Shown: positions 9,248 through 19,001, counted from the first letter of the stretch. The stretch is DNA of 64,000 nt from Candidatus Multivorans sp. (GCA_965224025.1 OZ245033.1:576001-640000), one strand, 5' to 3'. Made by a program: numbers and translations. The notes: generated by a model from the sequence alone, not told the origin.

Positions 9248-10150
9248 TCAGGGCACCTCAGGAGAAGCACTCTCGACGGCAACGTGGGTGTCGGGATTCG
9301 GGTCTTGATTGGGGTCGACCAGATGACCGGCCGGGAAGCTGACCGAGACCGCCGGGGCGGACGTATCGAGGCACAGAAGGTGGTTGTTGTCTCCGTCCCC
9401 CAGGTCCGCGAGCGCTGCCGGAACGATCTCGTCGCTGGAGCCGTCCGGACGCTCCACGGTCACGCGATAGAGAGCGCGCTCCGCGTCGCCGAGTTCGCCG
9501 CCATTCGGCAGTCGTACGCCACCGGCCCAGGTCGCCCGGACCACCTGCAGGACGCCATCCGGACAGCGGGATCCCCGGCCCTCGGTTGACCATCCGTCCT
9601 CCGGTACCACCTCTGCCAGCACGAGAGAGGGTCCGGCATCGAGCGGCGTGACCTGCGTCTGTGTTCCGCGGAAGTTCACCTGTTCACCCGTGACTCCATC
9701 CGAGAACAGATCGCCGACAACGAGTACCTTCATCGGCGGGTCGTTGGCCGCGTCGCCGAACTCACCGATGAGGAGCACGGTCCTGAGTTCACCTGGATCC
9801 CTGGCCGGCCCGAGGGTGGAGCAGATCGGGCTGCGTTCAGCCCCGGACCGCGTGACAATCCGGAAGTCCTCGGGCTGCAGGGTTTCCGCGTCAACGGTAT
9901 GAGACAGCACGACCGGCATACCGTCCTGCCCGGCCGCACCCTGGCAGATGCGATTTGCCCCGACCCGCAGACCGTTGTCCAACCCAAAGAACGCCGACAG
10001 CGGGCGCGCCGTCTGGCCGTTCGCGGCCTGCGCGACAGGCATCACCGCTGGCCCGGGCCGTGACTCATGCGAACCAGCCGAACTGAACGAAGCCGGAGCC
10101 AGGCACAACGCTGCCAAGCCCACTGCGACAACGTAGAAAAGCCCCTTCAT
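9248..10150 (-). CDS. secreted hypothetical protein
   Basis: Signal peptide MKGLFYVVAVGLAALC; coding-like GC3; no family recognised. Confidence 0.7.
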   Translation of the reverse strand: MKGLFYVVAVGLAALCLAPASFSSAGSHESRPGPAVMPVAQAANGQTARPLSAFFGLDNGLRVGANRICQGAAGQDGMPVVLSHTVDAETLQPEDFRIVTRSGAERSPICSTLGPARDPGELRTVLLIGEFGDAANDPPMKVLVVGDLFSDGVTGEQVNFRGTQTQVTPLDAGPSLVLAEVVPEDGWSTEGRGSRCPDGVLQVVRATWAGGVRLPNGGELGDAERALYRVTVERPDGSSDEIVPAALADLGDGDNNHLLCLDTSAPAVSVSFPAGHLVDPNQDPNPDTHVAVESASPEVP

Positions 10151-10158
10151 ACGCAGTC

Positions 10159-11079
10159 TCAGGGCTTTCTCGACGCGGCACCTACGCTCGACTCGGGCAG
10201 AGTCGGCACGGTCATCGGGCCGCAGTGCCGGGCTGCCGCCGCCTCCTTGTGCTTGTGCAACATCCACCAGCTTTCGGGATGATCGCTCGGCTGGAGGAGC
10301 TTTGCGATTTCGCGCAAGCTGGGATAGCGCACGATGTTGAGGCGCGTCCAGTGAGCGTCGGCAGAGTTGAGGGCGGCGGGCACTTCGGCGGTGATGATGA
10401 GCTCACGGGGCAAGTCCGCCAGCGGGCCACCGCCCTGGTAGCGCCGGTAGGCCTCGATGCCGGTCGATCCGGGGTACGAGCCGTCGCCGTATTGTGCCTG
10501 CTCGCGAAGCTCGAGGTGGTTCATGATGTAGATCATCGTGTCGTTGGGGTCGTCCGGGCGTGACTGCCGCGTCGCTCTGATTGCCAGGGGCACGGCCACG
10601 ACAGCGTGATCCCTCGCCACTGCCGCCTCTCGATGGACGTACGCCGCCTCCAGCAACCCGCTGCCCTCGACTTTCTCCCACGCCCGCCAGCTCGGATAGT
10701 GCTTCACCACGACGATGTCCCAGTCGCAGGGGGGCCAGTGAACGTCGGGGCGTTTTCTGTTGCCACCTCTCAAGACGCTGTTGACGAGCAGGGTCTTGAC
10801 ACCGGCCTCCTCTTCGACCGGGGCGAGGGTGGAGAGATAGGCCTGGTAGGCGCCTGCCGGAGTCTTCAGAGCGCCTAACGCTGCCCCCTCCGGGTAGGCG
10901 ACGCTCTCTCGCAGCTTCACGTCCTCCAGGCGGAGGAAGGCCTCGTCGCCGTGATGCTCGACCAGACGCGCGCCCAGCTCGGTCCGGGGTGCGTCTTGCG
11001 CCGCGGCACCGCCAACGGCGGCTGCAGAAGCGAGCACTCCTGCAACCATCGCAGCCATCAACAAAGATCGGCGGTCCAT
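10159..11079 (-). CDS. exported protein with two DUF1330-like repeats
   Basis: MDRRSLL Tat-like signal; two repeats containing AY..Y, WD.VVV.HYPS / LNIVRYPS and HREAA / HKEAA. Confidence 0.65.
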   Translation of the reverse strand: MDRRSLLMAAMVAGVLASAAAVGGAAAQDAPRTELGARLVEHHGDEAFLRLEDVKLRESVAYPEGAALGALKTPAGAYQAYLSTLAPVEEEAGVKTLLVNSVLRGGNRKRPDVHWPPCDWDIVVVKHYPSWRAWEKVEGSGLLEAAYVHREAAVARDHAVVAVPLAIRATRQSRPDDPNDTMIYIMNHLELREQAQYGDGSYPGSTGIEAYRRYQGGGPLADLPRELIITAEVPAALNSADAHWTRLNIVRYPSLREIAKLLQPSDHPESWWMLHKHKEAAAARHCGPMTVPTLPESSVGAASRKP

Positions 11080-11129
11080 TTTCGACTCCTGAGTCAAATG
11101 GTCTTAGGCCAAACGGGATCGTATCCGGA

Positions 11130-11278
11130 ACAACGGCCATCAGCGTCGGCATCACGTCGAAATAGTTGAGCAGCGCCGAGATCGAGCCACCGCCACTCAC
11201 CCCGCCAGCGGGCCAACGAGCCGCCGCCGCGACCCGGATGCCGCCTTCGAAGACACTGCCGCGCACTGGGACCTTCAC
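11130..11278 (-). pseudogene. arylsulfatase-family gene remnant
   Basis: Translates as GSVFEGGIRVAAAARWPAG...ALLNYFDVMPTL, the sulfatase (Y/F)EGG.RVP...RWP...D..PT segment; the rest of the gene is absent. Confidence 0.6.
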
Positions 11279-12106
11279 CTCCGTGAAATCAAAGGCGTCG
11301 GTCGAGCGTTGTACCTGCAGCGCAGAGCGAGAGGAGCCCCATCGGTGATCTGGAAGTGGAACGCCTTGCTACTCGTGGCCTCAGTCGCAGTTCCGGGAGC
11401 GACCGCCCAGGAGGACGGCGGATCCCAGCCGGCCCCAGTGGATCGCTTCGAGGAAGAGATCCTGGTCATGGGGAAGCCCCCTGGGCCGCCCCTTTGGAAG
11501 GTCACCAAGGGTGACCACGTCCTGTGGATCCTGGGCTATCCAGAATGGGTGCCGGACGATCTTCTCTGGCAGTCGGACCTCGTCGAATCCGTGCTGGCCC
11601 GCTCCAGCGAGTACCTTACGTCCCCAGACGTGCGCGTAACGACGTCGAACCCGGTGAAGATCAGGCGGGCACTCAAGCAGTACAGGCGCACACGACGAAT
11701 CCCGGACCGCGGAACCCTGGAGTACCTGCTGCCAGAGGACCCGTACCAGCTCTTCTTGGAGACCAGACGAGAATACGCGCCGAAGCGAGACGATCTCGAG
11801 AGCTTGCGGCCTAGCGTCGCGGCCAAGGAACTCTTCGACTCCGCGGCCGAATCCGCAGGCCTGGAGCCGGGCCGCTCGATTCATCGAGCAATCGAGAAGA
11901 GAGCCAGGAAGCACAACGTCAAGGAGGTGCCAACGGTACTGTCCGAGCGCTACAAGGATTCGAATCTCCTCGATTCGATGCAGGAAATGTCGGCCGGTGC
12001 GGAGCAGAGCTGTCTGCAGGCACGTCTTCAAGGGCTCGATGCCCAACTCAAGGTGCACACGCGTCTTGCAACTGCCTGGGCAGAAGGCGGTCTAGCCTCG
12101 CTTAGA

Positions 12107-14073
12107 CCGAAGTTCTGAGCTTCAAGTCGTGAAATCGCCTGTAGTGGTGGGCGTTTTCAGTTGTTCGGCGGTGTCTTGTACTGGGTACGTCGGCTTCAGG
12201 GGCGGATGCCGAGTAGTTTGAAGGCTTCGTTCTGGAGTGGAGTGGGCCGTGCGAGGACGTCGGCTGTGGAGTCGGCGTCGCCGTGCATCCGCACCCGGTT
12301 TCGGGTCAGCGTGGCCAGGTCGGCGAGCAAGGTCTGGAAGCTGTGGACGGGGAGTCCGTCGGGGGTCCTCCGGGAGTTGGCCTTGGCCATTGCCTCGGGC
12401 GACCTGCGCGCGGGATCGACTGGCGACTCGCGTTGGTCGTCGCGGCGTTGGTCGTCGAAGAGGATGGGCGCCAGGGTCCGGCGCATGTGCCACTCGACGT
12501 AGTAGGCGAGCATGCAGAGGAAGACGTGGGCGCGCACCCTCGAGGCCGGGCGATGGTGGACGGGGCGCACTTTGAGGTCGACGCTCTTGAAGGAGCGGAA
12601 GGCGCGTTCGACGCGGCTGAGGCTCTTGTAGGCGCGGACCGCATCGGCTGCCGGCAGTTCGTTTTCGGGGACGTTGGTGCGGATGACGTAGAAGCCGTCG
12701 AGAGCGGCTTCCTCGGCGATGCGCGCCTCGTTGCGGCGGTATTGGAAGCCGTCCTCTTCGATCTCGACCTCGAAGTGCTTGCCGACCTTGTAGGCGCCCC
12801 GGGCGCGGTCCGCGCGCACGGCGATGGCGTCCTTGCCGCGCAGGGGGTTCTTCTTGCGCCGCGTCGCCGCAACGACGGCGTCGAGCTTGCGCTCGGTGGC
12901 TTCGAGAAGCTCCTGGCGCTTGCGGCCGCGTTCCTCCGCCAGAAGCGGGTTCCGGCACACCACGAGGCGCTCCTTCGGGTACAGCTCCGGGACCCTGATC
13001 TCGGCCATCTTCCGCTGGTCGAAGAGCGACAGTTGCAGGTGGCCTTCCTGGGCCAGCGTCCTGATCGCCGGCGCGCGCAGGGCGCTGATCCAGGACAGGC
13101 CCGCGGGGTCGAGGTCCTCGCGGATGCGCGCGTCGGTGATCAGGCCCCGGTCTGAGATCATCACGATCCTCTCCAGCGAGAAGCGGTCGCGGAGCTTCTG
13201 CACCTGGGCGTTCAGGGTCGTCGGATCGGCCGTGTTGCCCTCGAATACCTCGACCGCGACCGGGCATCCGTCCCGGCTGCAGAGCAAGCCGAAGACGATC
13301 TGGACCTTGCCTCTCTTCTTGTCCCTGGAGTAGCCGTGCCTGGCCAGCGTGCACTTCCTGCCCTCAAAGTAGACCGAGGTCACGTCGCAGAGCACCAGCG
13401 AGCCGTCTTCCAGATGCCGCCGGGCAAGAGTCCGCTCGATGCGCGGCTGTCTTTCGAGCAGCCAGTCCATGGCGCCGTAGAGTTCGTCGGCCGAGGCCTC
13501 CTGCACGCCGAGTTCCTCGCCGAGGGTGTGGCTCATGGTCTCGCTTGCGAGTCCGCGGGCGGTGGCGAGCTTGGATCGCGGCTCGAGGATGCGGGCCGCG
13601 ATCATGGCCAGCGCCAGCGCCCGCTCGCGCGAGGGCCGTCGATCGAGGAGCCGTTCGAGGCCGAGGCTTCGGGCCGCGCCGAGGACGGCGGCGACGTGGC
13701 CGTGCGGTCTGGCGCGCAGGATCTCGAAGGCTGCCTCGAGCGAAGGCAGGGCGACTCCTCCCTTGAGCAGGGTTCTGAGTCCTTCGACGAGTTGGTCGGG
13801 CCACTTGGAGAGGTTGGCGAGAGTGCGTTTCTTGACCTTTCCGTCCTGTCGGTAGGACTCTCTCAGCAGGACGGCTGGTGGTGAGTTTCGGTTGGGTACC
13901 CGTTCGATGTACATGGCTTCTCATTGTAGACGAAACCATTCAGAATGTCTACATGCCACGAGATCATTACATGGCTACGAATGGCGGAAAACAGGGGCGG
14001 CCCAACACCCGAAAACCCAAGCACTGCAACGCCTCTCGACGACGAGGAGGCCCCAGGAGCCTCAGAACTTCGG
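12107..14073 (-). mobile_element. IS1634-family insertion sequence (1967 bp)
   Basis: 13-bp terminal IRs CCGAAGTTCTGAG (12107-12119) / CTCAGAACTTCGG (14061-14073); 6-bp TSD CTTAGA at 12101-12106 and 14074-14079. Confidence 0.93.
12196..13914 (-). CDS. IS1634-family DDE transposase
   Basis: LLRESYR.DGKVKKRTLANLS, DVTSVYFEG, GYSRD, ISDRG, VERAFRSFK, RVRAHVFLCMLAY. Confidence 0.93.
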   Translation of the reverse strand: MYIERVPNRNSPPAVLLRESYRQDGKVKKRTLANLSKWPDQLVEGLRTLLKGGVALPSLEAAFEILRARPHGHVAAVLGAARSLGLERLLDRRPSRERALALAMIAARILEPRSKLATARGLASETMSHTLGEELGVQEASADELYGAMDWLLERQPRIERTLARRHLEDGSLVLCDVTSVYFEGRKCTLARHGYSRDKKRGKVQIVFGLLCSRDGCPVAVEVFEGNTADPTTLNAQVQKLRDRFSLERIVMISDRGLITDARIREDLDPAGLSWISALRAPAIRTLAQEGHLQLSLFDQRKMAEIRVPELYPKERLVVCRNPLLAEERGRKRQELLEATERKLDAVVAATRRKKNPLRGKDAIAVRADRARGAYKVGKHFEVEIEEDGFQYRRNEARIAEEAALDGFYVIRTNVPENELPAADAVRAYKSLSRVERAFRSFKSVDLKVRPVHHRPASRVRAHVFLCMLAYYVEWHMRRTLAPILFDDQRRDDQRESPVDPARRSPEAMAKANSRRTPDGLPVHSFQTLLADLATLTRNRVRMHGDADSTADVLARPTPLQNEAFKLLGIRP

Positions 14074-14339
14074 CTTAGAGCCCATCCAGGCGATTCGGCC
14101 ACAGAGGCCTGCGATCCGAGGCGACTCGCCCTCCACCCGGAGGAGCTGAGCCAGATGGAGTCGCGGAGCTGGGCGCTCTGGCTCGAGAACGCCGATCGGG
14201 CGTTGAGCAACAACGACTCCACTTTCGCCATCCTGCCTCTCAGGGACCTGCTCCGGCCCGACGGACTCCTGTCGCGGCTCCGAGAGAGAGGCTATGACGT
14301 CCTGGAGCCGGACGAAATCCCTCCAGAGCGGCAGGAAGG

Positions 14340-15026
14340 CTAAGCCCTCAGATCGATGGGCTCCTGCTTCACGATCTTCCGGCAGATCGTGAGGCAAGGC
14401 TGAAAGCTGTCCCGCCCCGTCAAGCGCTCGACGAGCCCGGCCACTCCGGGCCACCGCGACGCGTCGAGCGGCCCGGCGACGAGCTCGAGCTGAGCGAGCT
14501 GACACGCGAGCGAGATATCCGCGATCGTGAGCGCGTCTCCAACCAGGAACGGCCCGTCGCCGATTTCGCCCTCGAGATAGTCGAGGCGCCGTGGAAGCCG
14601 CTCCGCATACGTCTTCCTGGCCGTGTCTACATCGGGCTCCTTGCCCATGAAGCGGTTGAACTGGATCGGGCGGAAGATCCCGAGGCCGAGCACAACCGCC
14701 AGCTCCGTGTCGCAATACTCCTCCAGCCAGACCGCGCGGCCGCGTTCGTAGGGGTCCGCCGGATAGAACGCGGGCTCCGGGAACTTCTGCTCGATGTAGG
14801 CGCAGATCGCGGACGAATCGGGGATCGTGCCGGGCGGGCCTTCCTCGCCGACATCCGTATCGCGCAACACCGGAATGCGACGCGCCGGACTGATCTCCTT
14901 GAACCACTCCGGCATCGGCATGATGTTGACGCTCTCGAGTTCGAAGGGCGCCCCCTTCTCACGCAGCAGGGCATCCGCCTTTCGAACGAAGGGAGAGAGG
15001 GGGGCTCCGTAGAGGATGAGGCTCAT
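14340..15026 (-). CDS. glutathione S-transferase family protein
   Basis: LYGAPLSPFVRK, ISPARRIPVL, DSSAICAY, FLVGDALTIADI. Confidence 0.92.
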   Translation of the reverse strand: MSLILYGAPLSPFVRKADALLREKGAPFELESVNIMPMPEWFKEISPARRIPVLRDTDVGEEGPPGTIPDSSAICAYIEQKFPEPAFYPADPYERGRAVWLEEYCDTELAVVLGLGIFRPIQFNRFMGKEPDVDTARKTYAERLPRRLDYLEGEIGDGPFLVGDALTIADISLACQLAQLELVAGPLDASRWPGVAGLVERLTGRDSFQPCLTICRKIVKQEPIDLRA

Positions 15027-15045
15027 CTTGACTCTGATTTAGCGG

Positions 15046-16239
15046 CTACCGACCCGGCATCACCAGCGGTTCGATCGGCGCCTTGAGCACGACCGTCTCT
15101 TCCTTCGGCACGTAGCAGACCGTCTCGCTGCAGGCCTGGTAGACCACGTTGACCGGAATCTCGATCGAGGTCGGCTTGTCCCTGATCGGCCAGTCGAGAA
15201 TCTCGGAGCCGAGGGCGATTGGAATGGCAACGTCGGTCGTGCCGGCGTCGTACACGTTGAGAGCCACGCCGAGTTCCGGGAACTCGCGCTCAGCGGTCGG
15301 CGGGTAGACCGGCTCGCCTGTCCTCACCCCCTTTGTCGGCGCGACGGTCGCCGTCGATGCGATGAAGCCGTCGGGCAGGGGGTCGGCGTAGATGTGGTAG
15401 CCGTCGGCGACCTCGAACCGCACGTGGAGGGTGCTCGAGTACTCGAACTTGAGCGCCTCGTCGGCGAGGAAGACGGACACCTCGACGTGCTCGTCGCCCA
15501 GTTCGGCGGCCGGCACCTCGTGCTTGGCGAGGATGCGTCCGATCGCGCTGTCGCGAATCGTCCCGGCCGAAGTGCGCGTCGCGTAGTGGCGGTGGAAGAA
15601 CTTCTCGGACACCCGGCCGTCACGGTCGACGACGTAGACGCCGGGGAAGGGAATGCCGTAGAACCCCCGCTCCGTGGCGCGGTTGAACACGTCCGCGTCG
15701 GGGTCGATCGTCGTGTTCAGGATGCCGAAGCGCTTGATTACCGCGGAGTCGTAGTCGGAAAGCAGGTCATAGGTGATGGCCTGCTGCTCGGCGAAGGCCT
15801 TCAGGTGCTCCTGTGAGTCGTAGCTGACGCCGTATACCTTGATGCCCTCGGCGTCGAAGAGCGAGATGTTCTCTTGCAGCTCGACCAGCTGCGTGCGGCA
15901 GTACGGTCACCAGACGGCGGAGCGATAGAAGACGACGATCGCCTTCGAGTCGCCCCGATGCGCATGGAAGTCGACGGCTTCGCCGTTCTGGTTCGGCAGC
16001 TCGAACTCGGGCAGGCGCTCGCCGATGGCGGGACCGGTCGGGAACTCATGTTCCGCCGGATAGCGCCGGCCCGGGTGGCTCGCCGGCACCGGCACCGTGA
16101 TGCCGAGATCGTCCTTCCGCGCTTCGGGCGCCAGGTTCTCGTGCGCTGCTTTCACCTTCTTCTCTCCCTCCTCGGCGAACGCCGGGACGGCCAGGAACAT
16201 CGGGACAAGGGCGAGCAAGGCAAGTCGGACTCTCTTCAT
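15046..16239 (-). CDS. exported selenoprotein candidate: AhpC/TSA (redoxin) domain with UxxC plus DsbD N-terminal-like domain, 397 aa
   Basis: ORFs 15907-16239 and 15046-15690 share a frame and are separated only by TGA at 15909-15907 in VFYRSAVW-U-PYC; continues GVSYDS, LLSD, PGVYVVDRDG, GYHIY, YQACSETVCY. Confidence 0.85.
15876..15892 (-). promoter_or_regulatory. putative bacterial SECIS hairpin
   Basis: GCAGCU-GGUCG-AGCUGC begins 14 nt after the in-frame UGA. Confidence 0.6.
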
Positions 16240-16342
16240 GAGTCGAACGCTCCCTCTGACTGTGGTTTCGCGTATGGGGATTCGCGGTCAGCGACGGTAA
16301 CAGTTGATGCCCCTGAGCATCAACGGGCACTCGAGCTCGAGC

Positions 16343-16822
16343 TCAGGCGCCGCCGGTCTGGACCACGGCGTAGTTGACCTGCCCTTCCAGGCCGGCGGCC
16401 CGATGGTGGTGGATCGCCTGATACTCCTCTGACTGAGACATCTGGATCAGCGCCATGGGGTTGGGATACTCGACAAGCGCGACACGGTCCCAGTCGCCCC
16501 CGCCGATGAGACACACCCTGGCTTCGCCGGAGAAGATCAGCCGGGCGCCGATCTTCCGGAGGATCAGCCCTACCTCTCGGCCGTACTCGTTGTAGTGCTC
16601 GCGCCCCCCGTCGGGCTTGAACTTCAGCAGGTTCACCATCACGATCGGCTCGTCGGGCAAAGCCAGGAAGGCCTGGGCCTGCTCCGGGGTCGGCCCCATC
16701 GCGTTGATCTCGTGGGCTCGGGCTGCCCCGGTGCTTCCGAGTAACGAAGTCGCGACCGCGGCGCCGGTGGCCAGGCCGGTCGTCTTGAGTACGTCGCGGC
16801 GTGAGGTGCTGGAATCGGTCAT
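16343..16822 (-). CDS. DUF1330-family protein with Tat signal
   Basis: SRRDVLK signal, PIVMVNLLKFK, WDRVALVEYP, HHHRAAGL; GGAGGAGG RBS. Confidence 0.85.
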   Translation of the reverse strand: MTDSSTSRRDVLKTTGLATGAAVATSLLGSTGAARAHEINAMGPTPEQAQAFLALPDEPIVMVNLLKFKPDGGREHYNEYGREVGLILRKIGARLIFSGEARVCLIGGGDWDRVALVEYPNPMALIQMSQSEEYQAIHHHRAAGLEGQVNYAVVQTGGA

Positions 16823-17232
16823 CTGCGTTCCTCCTCCTTGGGGTGTTTCTGCCTAGTATCGCGAGCGCTAGGCTACCCCTTCGGTACCACCGTGAAGGAA
16901 GAGATCATGGGGCAACGCGCCGACATGACCCGACGCGGCCTGGTCACTCTCGGGCTCGCGATTGCCCGCGGATAGCGTCCCAGATCTCGTGCTGCTTCGC
17001 TCCTGAGAACGCTTCCTGCACGGCTTGGGCGAGCCCGGGGTGTCACGAGTGATCCCTGCCCGCTTCTCCCTGCTCGATCGGCTGGCTTCAATCTCGGACT
17101 CGGCCCGCCTGCTACGGTTCGAGAAAATGGAGAACGTCGAAGCCGCGAACCAGCGCGCCGCAAAGTCGAAGCAGCGCCGCGATCAGCTGACCTATCGGGC
17201 GCTCTTCGACCTGCCTTCCAAATCGTCCGAAC

Positions 17233-17589
17233 ATGAAACTGCCGAACGTTGACCAGGCGACCGTCGATGAATCGAAGGTGGTCGAATACCTGCTCTCTAC
17301 AAGCCACCCTGAGGGTCAAAGCAAGGCGGCGTTCTTCTCGATGTTCGGGTTCCGCGCGCATCGCTGGAAGACACTCGCACGGGCGCTGCGCGACCACGGG
17401 GCCGCCGGCGAGGTCACCGATGTGTCCGGGTCGCACTACGGCACGAGGTACAACGTGGACGGCCTTATCGAGACCCCAAACGGCCGTAAACCCCGAGTGC
17501 GAACCGTCTGGATCGTTGACAGCGAACGAGGTGCTCCGCGCCTCGTGACCGCCTATCCGTTGAGGAGACGAAATGCTCGCAGAACATGA
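17233..17589 (+). CDS. DUF6883-like protein (putative toxin)
   Basis: KVVEYLLS.SHPEGQSKAAFF, YGTRY.V.G, VRTVWI, PRLVTAYP. Confidence 0.75.
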   Translation: MKLPNVDQATVDESKVVEYLLSTSHPEGQSKAAFFSMFGFRAHRWKTLARALRDHGAAGEVTDVSGSHYGTRYNVDGLIETPNGRKPRVRTVWIVDSERGAPRLVTAYPLRRRNARRT

Positions 17590-17806
17590 CCGGATCGTGC
17601 TCACGGAGGACCTTCGGAATGGCCGCCTGAAGGACGGAGATGTCGGCACGATCGTGCACGTTCACCGTGACGGCGAAGCCTTTGAGGTGGAGTTCCTGGC
17701 CCTGGACGGCAACACCGCCGGGGTGGCGACCGTGCCGGCATCGAGGCTCCGTCCCGTGACGGCTACCGACCTCACCCATGCGCGAGTGTTGAAGAAGGTC
17801 GGCTGA
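17573..17806 (+). CDS. DUF4926-like protein (putative immunity/antitoxin)
   Basis: EHDRIVLTEDL...LKDGDVGTIVHV...FEVEF; overlaps the upstream gene. Confidence 0.8.
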   Translation: MLAEHDRIVLTEDLRNGRLKDGDVGTIVHVHRDGEAFEVEFLALDGNTAGVATVPASRLRPVTATDLTHARVLKKVG

Positions 17807-17821
17807 CTGCGGCGCAGACCC

Positions 17822-18979
17822 CTACCGTGACAAATGCCGGTCGAAGAAGCGCACGATCACCTCGTGCACTTCGTCCGACTCGGGCAGGCGCGGGTTGAAC
17901 GCGAAGGTCGCGTGCCCGAGGCCTTCCCACACGTGCAGGTCGGCCTCGACGCCCAAGCTGACCAGCTTGTTGTGGCTGGCCAGAACCCCACCGAGGGCGA
18001 AGTCGCGGGTGCCGCTGATCAAGAGCGCTGGCGGGAAGCGGGCGAGCAGGTCGTCGTGGTCGCCGGGCGCGACGACGGGGTCGCCGGCCTCCACGCCCCG
18101 GAAGTAGCCGCTCGGCTGGGGCGGCTCCGCCGGCTCGACAGGCCGCGGGAAGCCGCCTAACGCGGACACCAGGAAGGCGCTTTCGCTGCGGCCCATCTTG
18201 AAGACGCCGGGGGTGCCGCCGTCGGTCGTCGGTATCCCGGCGCAGAACAGGCCAATCGCGCCCGGCAGCGGCAGGTCGTGCTCAAGAATGTACGCGACCG
18301 TTTGCGCCGTGAGCATCGCGCCTGCCGAGCAGCCGTAGATGCCGATGCTGGAGGCCTCGTAGTCTTCGAGCATCGCCCGGTAGACCGCGATGACGTCTTC
18401 GACGCCGGCCGGATGGGTGGCCTCCGGCGCCATCCGGTAGTCGGGGCTGATCACCTTGAAGCCGCCGATGTCGGCGACCTGCATCGCCTCGGTATGGCTG
18501 AAGTAGCGGGCGCCGACCCGGAAGCCGCCGCCGTGAATGCTGATCAGCAGCCGGCCCTCGTTCTCTTCGGCGACGCCCCGCTCGGGGACGAACACCTCGG
18601 TGTAGACATCCGCGATCGTCTCCGCGGTGATCGCCACCGGGTGCTTGGCGAGGGTGTCCCTGTAGATCGCCGTCTCGTAGTACTCCTCCGCAACGCACTG
18701 GCGCGCGGCGCGAATCGCCTCTGGATCGTCGGCCACGTCGTTCAGGTTCGCGCAGCCCTCGGAGAAGGTGCCGAACGCCGGTCCGTAGACATCGCGAAAG
18801 TGCTTCATCGCCGCCCGCGACTCCTCGCTGAAGTAGGAGGTCTCCGGCAGGTCGAACGCCGGGACGTGGACCGTGCCGTCGGCTTCCACGCGCGGTCGCT
18901 CGTCCTGGGCGGCCGATTCCGAGCAGGACAGGGCGCCCACGGCAAGGGCGGCGGCGATCAGGCCGAGTTGAGTGCGCAT
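17822..18979 (-). CDS. alpha/beta hydrolase (HSL-like esterase) lipoprotein
   Basis: HGGGF, DYRMAPE, GCSAG nucleophile elbow, GTRD, GLGH; LSC lipobox. Confidence 0.88.
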   Translation of the reverse strand: MRTQLGLIAAALAVGALSCSESAAQDERPRVEADGTVHVPAFDLPETSYFSEESRAAMKHFRDVYGPAFGTFSEGCANLNDVADDPEAIRAARQCVAEEYYETAIYRDTLAKHPVAITAETIADVYTEVFVPERGVAEENEGRLLISIHGGGFRVGARYFSHTEAMQVADIGGFKVISPDYRMAPEATHPAGVEDVIAVYRAMLEDYEASSIGIYGCSAGAMLTAQTVAYILEHDLPLPGAIGLFCAGIPTTDGGTPGVFKMGRSESAFLVSALGGFPRPVEPAEPPQPSGYFRGVEAGDPVVAPGDHDDLLARFPPALLISGTRDFALGGVLASHNKLVSLGVEADLHVWEGLGHATFAFNPRLPESDEVHEVIVRFFDRHLSR

Positions 18980-19001
18980 GACGGAGAGTCTAGGGGCTTG
19001 C

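Larger units (their letters stand above)
11345..14343 (+). pseudogene. TraB/GumN-family protein interrupted by IS1634
   Basis: N-part 11345-12106 (PGPPLWKV.KGDHVLWILG); C-part 14080-14343 (WLENADRALSNNDSTFAILP...LRERGY). Removing the IS and one TSD restores ...GGLASLR-AHPGD in frame. Confidence 0.88.

Noticed and set aside
17025-17252. 75-aa ORF upstream of DUF6883
   Set aside because: No recognisable motif or RBS; likely debris
581-17826. Shared 15-mer GCGCAGACCCCTACC at 581-595 and 17812-17826
   Set aside because: Only two copies, no shared flanks, and the second overlaps a stop codon; could be chance in high-GC DNA
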